Source: Mustelus asterias
Taxonomy: Eukaryota
DNA: 64,000 nucleotides
Assembly: GCF_964213995.1 (NCBI RefSeq)
Contig: NW_027590139.1
Coordinates: 1,178,001-1,242,000 of the forward strand
Reading direction: 5' to 3'
Below the pieces are notes generated by a model. The model was not told the DNA's origin and did not search any database. It worked only from the letters and a program-made list of their open reading frames with translations. Shown here in pieces: positions 41,546 through 53,515 of this stretch. The position numbers were made by a program, and so were the translations under genes. Numbering within the stretch: position 1 is the first letter of the stretch; each line of letters opens with the position of its first letter.

Positions 41546-42120
41546 TATAGTTTAGTTTTGATTGTTTATTAATTAGTGTCACAAGGAGGCTTACATTAAC
41601 ACTGCAATGAAGTCACTTGAAAATCATGAAAAAAGTGCAAACAATCTATGAAGTTACTGTGAGAGTCAGCATGGACTCGAGTTGTCCAATGGACTCCTTC
41701 TGTGCTGTAATGACTCTATAACTGGAAATATATAATGCAGCTACAGTACAATATGACAAGATTGGAATGATAAATGTATTTATTGCAGGACCAGGAATAA
41801 ACCTGTCTGATATAACAACACTAGACATATCTCTGTCCTATATTAATTTACTGTCCCCTTAAATGTCAGCCATCTCCTGGGGAAACCAGCCCTTTAATTG
41901 TGAACATTAGGAAAGAGATCATCCTTTTAGCCAGACAAATAAATGTGTCAAGCTGAGGGAGCAAAGGATGTCAATGTCTTTAAGAGAGAGAGACCTGGGC
42001 CAACCTTTCCAGAGTCTGCAGCCTCCCTGGATTCACTTCCTTTCCCTTCAGTTGCTGCAAGTCCCCAATTTCCCCCAGAATGAGAAAAGAAATGGAAAGG
42101 GGGAGAAAAGAAAGTGTTTT

Positions 42121-45100
42121 ACTCTCAGATGTTGGTTTCTTTTTGTTTATTACAAATAAATACAAATAAATACAAAACAATTACAAATACACAAAGAACA
42201 AATGTGAAAAAATACATTACCAATGGCTAACGCCATCCATTTATCAGTTACTACCTTCCATTTCTGAAGGGTTCATCGTCAATTACAGTTTTCCAGGGCA
42301 TTGCCCTCAAAATACACCTCCATCTACAAATCATAATCTACAAATCTACAAACATTAACACAACACTACAACTGTACACAACAAAAAATAAACACTGAAG
42401 CATAAGGGCACCGTCCCCTGGGTTTGTCCACCTGCCGGGGGATGCAACCCTCCAGTGGTACTCATATCCGGGGGTTACACCTTATGGATGTTCAGCCGGA
42501 GGGGGGAAATGGGGGAAACCACCCCGAACCTACTCAATCCGGAATCCCTTCCGGAATTTCAGCCGGGGCGGTGGGAGAGTCTCTCCAGGGTACTCAGTTC
42601 GGGCCTGCCTTCCCAATTTTTCTCCCGGAGAATAAAAATCCCTCTGGTGTTACTATGTCCGGGGCTTCACCACCCAGAACTTTCCCCAAGTGGATGTCAC
42701 ACCCCCCGGGGGTGACTTTATCCAGGGGGGGATGCCCCCCAGGCCACAAATAACGCAAGAAAATAGACGGGGGCTGGAACAAACCACCAACTACCATAAC
42801 AGGAAAACCACATATTACAATAACAAACAATCCATGAAAAATACATTACCGATGGCTAACACCATCCATTTATCAATTACTACCTTCCATTTCGGAAGGG
42901 TTCATCGTCAATTACAGTTTTCCAGGGCATTGCCCTCAAAATACACCTCCATTTACAAATCATAATCTACAAATCTACAAACATTAACACAACACTACAA
43001 CTGTACACAACAAAAAATAAACACTGAAGCATAAGGGCACCGTCCCCTGGGTTTGTCCACCTGCCGGGGGATGCAACCCTCCAGTGGTACTCATATCCGG
43101 GGGTTACACCTTACGGATGTTCAGCCGGAGGGGGGAAATGGGGGAAACCACCCCGCCTACTCAATCCGGAATCCCTTCCGGAATTTCAGCCGGGGCGGTG
43201 GGAAAGTCTCTCCAGGGTACTCAGTTCGGGCCTGCCTTCCCAATTTTTCTCCCGGAGAATAAAATCCCTCTGGTGTTACTATGTCCGGGGCTTCACCACC
43301 CAGAACTTTCCCCAAGTGGATGTCACACCCCCCGGGGGTGACTCCATCCAGGGGAGGATGCCCCCCAGGCCACAAATAACGCAAGAAAATAGACGGGGGC
43401 CGGAACAAACCACCAACTATCATAACAGGAAAACCACATATTACAATAACAAACAATTCATGAACAACCATACAATTGTGAAACATTTCGGAGGCATCGC
43501 CTTCCAGAGCTTCGCCCATCAACATTCCACCGTCCGAAGTCGACAACGCTCAACTACAGTCCTCCAAAGTCCACCACTCCGGGCCAGAACTTCCAAAATC
43601 ACACCCACTGGGGCTGCACCGTCTGGGGTCACACCTTCCGCGGCTGAACCTTCCGAAACCATAGTTCCCAAATGGCTCCTCCCTGGCTTGGGTCTTCCGA
43701 GATTGCATCTACCTGGGCCACGCCTTTCAAGGCACAGGAATCCCAGCGAGAGCAGCATTCAACAAGCCCCAGCCGAAACAAAAGGTTCCCGCACAAGTCA
43801 CGAACCCAAGCACTTGAAACAGAAACTTCACGCCGACCAAGGCGTTCCTCCCAGCGGCCACATTTCCAAAAGCTCACCGCAAGGCGCACATTAAGCCCGC
43901 CTTGAACTCCTTATCCTCTGCCCGCCCCCTGCCTGGAGCACACCATACTGGCCAACACGCAAAGCGAACGGCCAATATGGTGGACTGGCTGGACAATCCA
44001 ATCTTTCCCACTCACAGATGTGGATTTCTTTTTGTTTATTACAAATACGTTAATACAAAACAATTACAAATACACAAAGAACAAATGTAAAAAAAATACA
44101 TTACCAATGGCTAATGCCATCCATTTATCAGTTACTACCTTCCATTTCGGAAGGGTTCATCGTCAATTACAGTTTTCCAGGGCATTGCCCTCAAAATACA
44201 CCTCCATTTACAAATCATAATCTACAAATCTACAAACATTAACACAACACTACAACTGTACACAACAAAAAAATAAACACTGAAGCATAAGGGCACCGTC
44301 CCCTGGGTTTGTCCACCTGCCGGGGGATGCAACCCTCCAGTGGTACTCATATCCGGGGGTTACACCTTACGGATGTTCAGCCAGAGGGGGGAAATGGGGG
44401 AAACCACCCCGCCTACTCAATCCGGAATCCCTTCCGGAATTTCAGCCGGGGCGGTGGGAGAGTCTCTCCAGGGTACTCAGTTCGGGCCTGCCTTCCCAAT
44501 TTTTCTCCCGGAGAATAAAAATCCCTCTGGTGTTACTATGTCCGGGGCTTCACCACCCAGAACTTTCCCCAAGTGGATGTCACACCCCCCGGGGGTGACT
44601 TTATCCAGGGGGGGATGCCCCCCAGGCCACAAATAATGCAAGAAAATAGACGGGGGCCGGAACAAACCACCAACTACCATAACAGGAAAACCACATATTA
44701 CAATAACAAACAATTCATGAAAAATACATTACCGATGGCTAACACCATCCATTTATCAATTACTACCTTCCATTTCGGAAGAGTTCATCGTCAATTACAG
44801 TTTTCCAGGGCATTGCCCTCAAAATACACCTCCATTTACAAATCATAATCTACAAATCTACAAACATTAACACAACACTACAACTGTACACAACAAAAAA
44901 TAAACACTGAAGCATAAGGGCACCGTCCCCTGGGTTTGTCCACCTGCCGGGGGATGCAACCCTCCAGTGGTACTCATATCCGGGGGTTACACCTTACGGA
45001 TGTTCAGCCGGAGGGGGGAAATGGGGAAACCACCCCGCCTACTCAATCCGGACTGCCTTCCGGAATTTCAGCCGGGGCGGTGGGAGAGTCTCTCCAGGGT

Positions 45101-47779
45101 ACTCAGTTCGGGCCTGCCTTCCCAATTTTTCTCCCGGAGAATAAAAATCCCTCTGGTGTTACTATGTCCGGGGCTTCACCACCCAGAACTTTCCCCAAGT
45201 GGATGTCACACCCCCCGGGGGTGACTCCATCCAGGGGGGGATGCCCCCCAGGCCACAAATAACGCAAGAAAATAGACGGGGGCCGGAACAAACCACCAAC
45301 TATCATAACAGGAAAACCACATATTACAATAACAAACAGTCCATGAACAACCATACAATTGTGAAACATTTCGGAGGCATCGCCTTCCAGAGCTTCGCCC
45401 ATCAACATTCCACCGTCCGAAGTCGACAACGCTCAAATACAGTCCTCCAAAGTCCACCACTCCGGGCCAGAACTTCCAAAATCACACCCACTGGGGCTGC
45501 ACCGTCTGGGGTCACACCTTCCGCGGCTGAACCTTCCGAAACCATAGTTCCCAAATGGCTCCTCCCTGGTTTGGGTCTTCCGAGATTGCATCTACCTGGG
45601 CCACGCCTTTCAAGGCACAGGAATCCCAGCGAGAGCAGCATTCAACAAGCCCCAGCCGAAACAAAAAGTTCTTGCACAAGTCACGAACCCAAGCACTTGA
45701 AACAGAAACTTCACGCCGACCAAGGCGTTCCTCCCAGCGGCCACATTTCCAAAAGCTCACCGCAAGGCGCGCATTAAGCCCGCCTTGAACTCCTTATCCT
45801 CTGCCTGGAGCACACTATACCGGCCAACACGCAAAGCGAACGGCCAATATGGTGGACTGGCTGGACAATCCAATCTTTCCCACTCACAGATGTGGATTTC
45901 TTTTTGTTTATTACAAATACGTTAATACAAAACAATTACAAATACACAAAGAACAAATGTGAAAAAAATACATTACCAATGGCTAACGCCATCCATTTAT
46001 CAGTTACTACCTTCCATTTCGGAAGGGTTCATCGTCAATTACAGTTTTCCAGGGCATTGCCCTCAAAATACACCTCCATTTACAAATCATAATCTACAAA
46101 TCTACAAACACTAACACAACACTACAACTGTACACAACAAAAAATAAACACTGAAGCATAAGGGCACCGTCCCCTGGGTTTGTCCACCTGCCGGGGGATG
46201 CAACCCTCCAGTGGTACTCATATCCGGGGGTTACACCTTACGGATGTTCAGCCGGAGGGGGGAAATGGGGGAAACCACCCTGCCGACTCAATCCGGAATC
46301 CCTTCCGGAATTTCAGCCGGGGCGGTGGGAGAGTCTCTCCAGGGTACTCAGTTCGGGCCTGCCTTCCCAATTTTTCTCCCGGAGAATAAAAATCCCTCTG
46401 GTGTTACTATGTCCGGGGCTTCACCACCCAGAACTTTCCCCAAGTGGATGTCACACCCCCCGGGGGTGACTTTATCCAGGGGGGGATGCCCCCCAGGCCA
46501 CAAATAACGCAAGAAAATAGACGGGGGCCGGAACAAACCACCAACTACCATAACAGGATAACCACATATTACAATAACAAACAATCCATGAAAAATACAT
46601 TACCGATGGCTAACACCATCCATTTATCAATTACTACCTTCCATTTCGGAAGGGTTCATCGTCAATTACAGTTTTCCAGTGCATTGCCCTCAAAATACAC
46701 CTCCATTTACAAATCATAATCTACAAATCTACAAACATTAACAACACTACAACTGTACACAACAAAAAAATAAACACTGAAGCATAAGGGCACCGTCCCC
46801 TGGATTTGTCCACCTGCCGGGGGATGCAACCCTCCAGTGGTACTCATATCCGGGGGTTACACCTTACGGATGTTCAGCCGGAGGGGGGGAAATTGGGGAA
46901 ACCACCCCGCCTACTCAATCCGGACTGCCTTCCGGAATTTCAGCCGGGGCGGTGGGAGAGTCTCTCCAGGGTACTCAGTTCGGGCCTGCCTTCCCAATGT
47001 TTCTCCCAGAGAATAAAAATCCCTCTGGTGTTACTATGTCCGGGGCTTCACCACCCAGAACTTTCCCCAAGTGGATGTCACACCCCCCGGGGGTGACTTT
47101 ATCCAGGGGGGGATGCCCCCCAGGCCGCAAATAACGCAAGAAAATAGACGGGGGCCAGAACAAACCACCAACTGTCATAACAGGAAAACCACATACTACA
47201 ATAACAAACAATCCATGAACAACCATACAATTGTGAAACATTTCGGAGGCATCGCCTTCCAGAGCTTCGCCCATCAACACTCCACCGTCCGAAGTCGACA
47301 ACACTCAAATACAGTCCTCCAACGTCCACCACTCCGGGCCAGAACTTCCAAAATCACACCCACTGGGGCTGCACCGTCTGGGGTCACACCTTCCGCAGCT
47401 GAACCTTCCGAAACCATAGTTCCCAAATGGCTCCTCCCTGGCTTGGGTCTTCCGAGACTGCATCTACCTGGGCCACGCCTTTCAAGGCACAGGAATCCCA
47501 GCGAGAGCAGCATTCAACAAGCCCCAGCCGAAACAAAAAGTTCTTGCACAAGTCACGAACCCAAGCACTTGAAACAGAAACTTCACGCCGACCAAGGCGT
47601 TCCTCCCAGCGGCCACATTTCCAAAAGCTCACCGCAAGGCGCACATTAAGCCCGCCTTGAACTCCTTATCCTCTGCCCGCCCCCTGCCTGGAGCACACCA
47701 TACTGGCCAACACGCAAAGCGAACGGCCAATATGGTGGACTGGCTGGACAATCCAATCTTTCCCACTCACAGATGTGGA
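42121..47779 (-). mobile_element. Three tandem copies of a ~1.88-kb putative non-autonomous non-LTR retroelement
   Basis: Units of 1889, 1872 and 1883 bp separated by 15-bp repeats at 42121, 44010, 45882, 47765; each ends (minus) in a T/G-rich tract + AATAAA + caaaaagaaa; each has an internal ~630-bp duplication. The repeat is certain, its retroelement nature is inferred. Confidence 0.7.
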
Positions 47780-48270
47780 CGACAGGAGAAACTTTGACTC
47801 TCTCTGAAGATCAATCTTCATTCACACAAAGCCCACGCTCTGATTGGCTGGAGGACCAGAGTCCTTCCGGTCCTCCAACTCTTCCCATTGGTCAACACCT
47901 CAGCATGAAGATCAGAGGGTGGGTTCTCCCCCGCACATGCGCAGCTTCCCCTCTCCCTCGCACATGTGTAGTCCTGGGCCGGGGGGCGGGAGAGCTCACT
48001 GAGCGGCTTCTCGCTCTTGCCGGAGCCGTCAGCCAGTTGCCTGGAAACCTTGGTTCAAGGAGGTGTAGGGGGAGGGGAACAATGGGTGGGGGCGGGGCTC
48101 CTGGGTCCGCGCGCCCGGGCCTGCGCATTGGAACCCAGAGACGTCACCGCGGAGCAGAGTGATTCCTATTGGCTGATTCAGGCAGGGCTCTATTGTGACG
48201 TCACAATGCGGAAGTTGTCCAATGAGCTTCCGAGTGAAACTCCCTCCTCTGTTCAACATCTGGGAGGAAA
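47780..48270. promoter_or_regulatory. CpG-rich, probably bidirectional ZNF promoter
   Basis: cacatgcgca, tgtagt, ggggcggg, ctgcgca, 16-bp CRE palindrome attgtgacgtcacaat 48192-48207, cggaagt; intron-1 homology on both sides. Confidence 0.6.
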
Positions 48271-48474
48271 TCAATGTTTCCCCCTTTCCATTTCTTTCCT
48301 CATTCTGGGGGAAGTTGGGGACTTGCAGCAACTGAAGGAAATGAAGTGAATTCGGTCTGTATATTCCACACATTTTTACTCCAGTAATGTAGACATTTAT
48401 CTGTCTGGCAGCCTGCATGGAAATTTTCAGCTCTCTGCATCCAGGGCAAGAAGCAGTGAGCATGGATCTGTCAA

Positions 48475-49015
48475 TCACACATGAGGATGGCCTCAACCGG
48501 GATCTTGGGTTCATGTCACACTATCTGTAACCCCCACGACTTGCCTGGGCTTGCAAAATCTCACTAACTGTCCTGGCTGGACACAATGCACATCTCTTTA
48601 ACCTGTGCTTAACCCTCTCTCCACTCTCATTGTCTGTACCTTTAAGACTTGATTACGTTTAAAGACTCGTATTCCAACCATTATCTTGTAAATTGAGTTT
48701 GTGTCCTTATATGCCCTGTTTGTGAACAGAACTCCCACTCACCTGATGAAGGGGCAGCGCTCTGAAAGCTTGTGGCTTGTGCTACCAAATAAACCTGTTG
48801 GGATTTTAACCTGGTGTTGTGAGATTACTTACTGTGCTTACCCCAGTCCAACGCCGGCACATCTTTGGACTGTGGAAGGAAAACCGGAACACCCGGAAGA
48901 AACCCACACAGACACGGGGAGAATGTAGAAACTCTGCACAGACAGTGACCCGAGGCTGGAATTGAACCCGGGTCCCTGGCGCTGTTAGGCAGCTGCACTA
49001 ACCACTGTGCCACCG
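48475..49015. mobile_element. Penelope 3' fragment (+, 48475-48860, hammerhead 48740-48774) and V-SINE (-, 48858-49015)
   Basis: catgaggatggcctcaaccgg..cacCTGATGA..GAAAgcttgtg; SINE head on the minus strand. Confidence 0.85.
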
Positions 49016-49069
49016 GGTCACATGTCAGTGCCATCGCCCGACTCCAGCCCAGTCTCAGCTCATCTGGAA

Positions 49070-49152
49070 CCCTCACCCATTCCATTGTGACGTCACACCC
49101 TCACCCATTCCATTGTGACGTCACACTCTCACCCATTCCATTGTGACGTCAG
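49070..49152. promoter_or_regulatory. 28-bp tandem repeat x3, each with a TGACGTCA (CRE) palindrome
   Basis: tgacgtca at 49088, 49116, 49144; paralog at ~61195-61275. Confidence 0.7.
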
Positions 49153-49199
49153 GGCTTCACTCTCCGATCACAATCCCTGCCGGCCTCCCACATGCAGCC

Positions 49200-49720
49200 T
49201 CAATGGCGGCAGTCAGCCCGGGTCTAACACTACAAGCTGCCGCTCCATTTGGTACAAAGCGGGGGACCGGGAAGTTCATTTCCGGGGTTTGGGTTTGAAC
49301 AACATGTTTACAAAGTCTCTCCACCCACCCGCCACATTTATCATTCCCCGCGCGCCGCCCTCTACCTCGTATTGCTCTCGCTTCCAAACTAAAACCGGCC
49401 GTCCGTCGCCATTACCCGCACTGATGTGGAGATGCCGGCGTTGGACTGGGGTAAACACAGCAACAAGTCAAACAACACCAGGTTAAAGTCCAACAGGTTT
49501 ATCTGGTTCACCCGCACTGCGCATGCTTCAGGTCCCGCCTCTCATTCACTCCGATTGGTTGGAGGACCAGCCGCTCCCGCTCGGTCCTCCAGTCCCGCCC
49601 CCTCTTCCTATTGGTCCGGCGCTGCCGTCAATCAGTGCCCGGGCATTGTGATGTGGAGCATGCGCAGTGTCATTGCTGTCCTTGGCGCTTGTTTGTCCCG
49701 GAGAAGCGGAGTCAGCGTTA
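49200..49720. promoter_or_regulatory. ZNF promoter module with Penelope insert 49424-49509
   Basis: caatggcggc, ccgggaagt, actgcgcatg, GC box, ATTGG; insert flanked by acccgcactg duplication and absent from the 61540 paralog. Confidence 0.65.
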
Positions 49721-50089
49721 GGCGGTGGCTGGGAGGATTTGGAAACACTTTGAGGATCCGCAAACCCTTCAGAATCATTGTCAGCTCCCTGGTTTGCAGC
49801 TGCGGGGCTTCTCCCTCCCTCCCTCCCGGGAACAGGCCCAGGTTAACGGCCCCATCCTGGCTCAGCCACTGGAGGATGGTTCACATCAGAGGATGGGGGA
49901 GGGGGACAATAAATAAGAGGTTACACTTTGGCCTCAAATCAATGAGGACTCTGATCTCTGGGAAGGAAGGAAACCCTGGGAGGTGGGCGGGGAGGATTCA
50001 CAAACACCCGCTGGAGGTCCCAACACACCCAATAAGACCCATTGGTTTTATTGTCAGTCTGCAGACAGCAGCTGGAGAACTGAACCCAA

Positions 50090-50256
50090 TAAGAGTTTTA
50101 ACAACACCAGGTTAAAGTCCAACAGGTTTATTTGGTAGCAAACACCATTAGCTACCATTAGGTGTTTGCTACCAAATAAACCTGTTGGACTTTAACCTGG
50201 TGTTGTTAAAACTCTTACTGTGTTCACCCCAGTCCAACGCCAGCATCTCCACATCA
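50090..50256. mobile_element. Fold-back (palindromic) Penelope terminal insertion
   Basis: ~57-bp perfect inverted arms with a 14-nt loop; flanked by agaactgaaccca duplication; paralog at 62355-62506. Confidence 0.85.
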
Positions 50257-50814
50257 GAACTGAACCCAGACAGAGGAGAGGGAGGGAGAAAACTGGGAGT
50301 GGAGAAAAGAAATGGTGAGATGGGTTTGGATTTCAGCCCAGGGAGGAGGGAGAGTTTGTGGGACAGGAATTTATTGATTTGGGGCAACAAGAGAGGAAGA
50401 AATGTTCCAGAGAATTAGAATTGCCTGTTCAAAATTTCTATCCTGGACTGACAGTGATTAATTTTGTAAACTCCTTTTACAGGTGAGGTGAAGAAACATC
50501 ACATCAAAATCAGACAGAGTCTCGATTCACTCGGGCTTAAATATCCTCAGACTTTGAATGTGGAAGGAGAAATGTTTGTCTTCTGTCTGGAGGAGAAGAT
50601 TTCAAACATCAGTGCGTCTGAAAAAGCACCAAGAAACACGCACACCCGAGTGAGAGTGTTTCAGTGAGTTGACTGTGGAAAGAGCTTTATCCAGTTACGC
50701 AGCCTTAAAAAACATCACAGCATTCACAGCGAGGAGAAACTGTCCACGTGTTCTGTGTGTGGATGAGGCTTCAACTGATCGTTTAACCTGGAGAAACATA
50801 AGGACACCAGCACC

Positions 50815-51654
50815 ATGGAGAAACCGTGGAAATGTGGGGACTGTGGGAAAGGATTCAGTTACTCTTCCCTGCTGGAAAACCATCGGCGCAGTCACACTGG
50901 TGAGAGACCGTTCACCTGTTCTGTCTGTGGGGAGGGATTCATTCAGTCATCTGGCCTTTGGTCTCACCAGAGAATTCACACTGAGGAAAAGCCATTCACC
51001 TGCACCTCCTGTGGGAAGAGGTTCAGGCATTCTTCAGCACTCACTGTGCACCAACGCACTCACACCGGGGAGAGACCATTCATCTGCTCCGTGTGTGGGA
51101 AGGGATTCACTCAGTCATTCCACCTGCTGTCACACCAGCGAGTTCATACTGGGGAGAGGCCGTTCACCTGCTCCGACTGTGGGAAGGGATTCACTGGGTC
51201 ATCCCACTTACTGTCACACCAGCGAGTTCACATTGAGGAGAAGCCATTCAGCTGCACTGACTGTGGACGGAGTTTCAGACAGGCATCCTCCCTCATTGCA
51301 CACCAGCGAATTCACACTGGGGAGAGACCGTTTACTTGCTTTTTGTGTGGAAAGGGATTCACAGTTTTACCCACCCTGCTGAGACACCAGAAAATTCACA
51401 CTGAAGAGAAGCCATTCAGCTGCACTGACTGTGGAAAGAATTTCAGGCAGTCATCCAACCTCACTGCTCACCGACGCACTCACACTGCAGAAAGGCCATT
51501 CACATGCTCCGTGTGTGGGAAGGGATTCGCAAAGTCTTTCAACCTGCTGGCTCACCAACGCACTCACACTAAGAGGCCATTCAACTGCTCTGTGTGTGGG
51601 AAGGGATTCACTCAGTCACAATGGCTCCTGAGACATCAACAAGTTCACAAGTGA
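50815..51654 (+). CDS. C2H2 zinc-finger protein, 10 fingers
   Basis: gcaccATGG start, intact array ending HQQVHK*. Confidence 0.9.
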   Translation: MEKPWKCGDCGKGFSYSSLLENHRRSHTGERPFTCSVCGEGFIQSSGLWSHQRIHTEEKPFTCTSCGKRFRHSSALTVHQRTHTGERPFICSVCGKGFTQSFHLLSHQRVHTGERPFTCSDCGKGFTGSSHLLSHQRVHIEEKPFSCTDCGRSFRQASSLIAHQRIHTGERPFTCFLCGKGFTVLPTLLRHQKIHTEEKPFSCTDCGKNFRQSSNLTAHRRTHTAERPFTCSVCGKGFAKSFNLLAHQRTHTKRPFNCSVCGKGFTQSQWLLRHQQVHK

Positions 51655-52919
51655 CTGCAGGGGTCGGATTCTGCTGTTTTTGCTGCTGTTCAGTATTGAC
51701 AGTCTGACAATATTTTATTTCTGCTGATGTGAACAAACCCTATAACTAGTTGGAATTTAATATTCTGGAAATGTCACTGATTTTCGGGGCTGCAATGTCA
51801 CTTTTTAAAAGCAACACCTGTGATCTTCCCTCTTAACTGAAGAACTCTCACAGGAACCTGTTGAGAATAAAATTAAGAACTTTTGCTTCAATTCTAATTT
51901 GATCTTTGGGGCAAAATCTACAATTCATTCTCTGAAAGATCCATCTGCAGGGCACAAAGTATTTATTTTCAATGCTTGTATTGAGATTTTCTGGAAAGCT
52001 GCTCTTTGATTTTTAAGGGCTATTTTTTGGTTTCCAGGGCATCGTTTTCCATTCTCAGTAACTCCTTTATTAGTGATGTAGTCACGTAGTAACATTACCT
52101 TTTGTGTTTCTGTTAGTTTACTTCTTTGAATAAGATAGCACAAATACTGAAGACTGTGTATATATTAAATCTTTTAAATTGGAATCTATGAATGATATTT
52201 TTTGTTAACTTATTTTAAAAATACTCCCATACTCTCTTTCCAAAATGAGAATTCTAACTATTTGACACAAGGTAACTGAATCAGATGTTTACTGGTTCAG
52301 ACGGTGGAGCAGGAAAAATCTCTCCCGATTCTGATCTTCATTGTGTGTGGATTTACATTGATAACCCATCAATAACCTCACTACACCAGCTGAGATCAGC
52401 TCTGACCGGGGATTCTGTATGTTGTCTGTGAACGTTAAACTGCAAATAAAAGCAGTTTAGAATATGAACCTGGATGAATGGATCTCAATTTCTAATGTGA
52501 TGACCCAAGTGATTGTAAGTACGTTCACAATATCTGTTTACTCAAATTCCTGAGCTGTACACCCCACCTCCTGAGATATATAAAAATAATCAAGACTTGT
52601 TCAGCAGAATGGGGAAAGCTCTGCCGATGGTCGGATCATTCCTTTTGAGGCTCACACTGCTATGAAACTAGTTCTGTAGCAGGAAGACACAACTCCTCCA
52701 CACATCACCGATAGGCTGCTGAGTCAGTGAACCTCTTTTCTCAAAATAGGTGGCAAAGCTGTTCCTCCAGTTTGAGACTGTCTCTGCAGATGTAGCAACA
52801 TCAGGAGAGACAGAATCTGTGATTGGAGGAGATGGTCCTCACAGTTTCTGTCTCTCCCATGTACAGGATGATTTATTTTTTCCAGTAGTTCCTCCCAAGA
52901 CAGAATTTCTGCGGGCCTT

Positions 52920-53515
52920 TTGGCAAGTCATGTTGCAGCTTTATAGAACCTCAGTTAGGCCGCACTTGGAATATAGTGTTCAATTCTGGTCGCCACACTA
53001 CCAGAAAGATGTGGAGGCTTTGGAGAGGGTGGAGAGGGTACAGAAAAGATCTACCAGGATGTTGCCTGGCATGGAGGGCATTAGCTATGAGGAGAGGTTG
53101 GAGAAACTTGGTTTGTTCTCACTGGAACGACGCAGGTTGAGGGCGATCTGACAAAGTCTACAAGATTGTGAGGGGCTTGGGCAGAGTGGATAGTCAGAAG
53201 CTTTTTCCCAGGTAGAAGAGTCAGTTACTCGGAGGCATAGGTTTAAGGTGCGAGGGGCAAGGTTTAAAGGAGATGTACGAGGCAGATTTTTTACCCAGAG
53301 GGTGGTGGGTGCCTGGAACTCGCTGCCGGGGGAGGTAGTGGAAGCAGATACAATTGTGACTTTTAAGGAGCGTCTTGACAAATACATGAATAGGATGGGA
53401 ATGGAGGGATATGGTCCCCAGAAGGGTAGGGGGTTTCAGTTCAGTCGGGCAGCGTGGTTGGTGCAGGCTTGGAGGGTCGAAGGAATGTTCCTGTGCTGTA
53501 ATTTTCTTTGTTTTC
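52920..53515 (+). mobile_element. CR1 LINE 3' fragment
   Basis: LYRTSVRPHLEYSVQFWSPHY..; FFTQRVVGAWNSLP; ttctttgttttctttt tail. Confidence 0.9.

Larger units (their letters stand above)
48860..51750 (+). repeat. Segmental duplication, direct copy at ~60980-64000
   Basis: Colinear SINE, CRE repeat, promoter, Penelope palindrome, intron, ZNF CDS and 3' UTR with few substitutions. Confidence 0.95.

Noticed and set aside
43316-43894. 192-aa + strand ORF intact in all three tandem units
   Set aside because: The units are nearly identical, so persistence is uninformative; there is no recognisable domain and it is antisense to the polyA polarity.
47690-47764. HDV-like ribozyme at the 5' end of the tandem element
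   Set aside because: It starts with GGG and has a hairpin, but I could not find a P1 partner or the nested pseudoknot.
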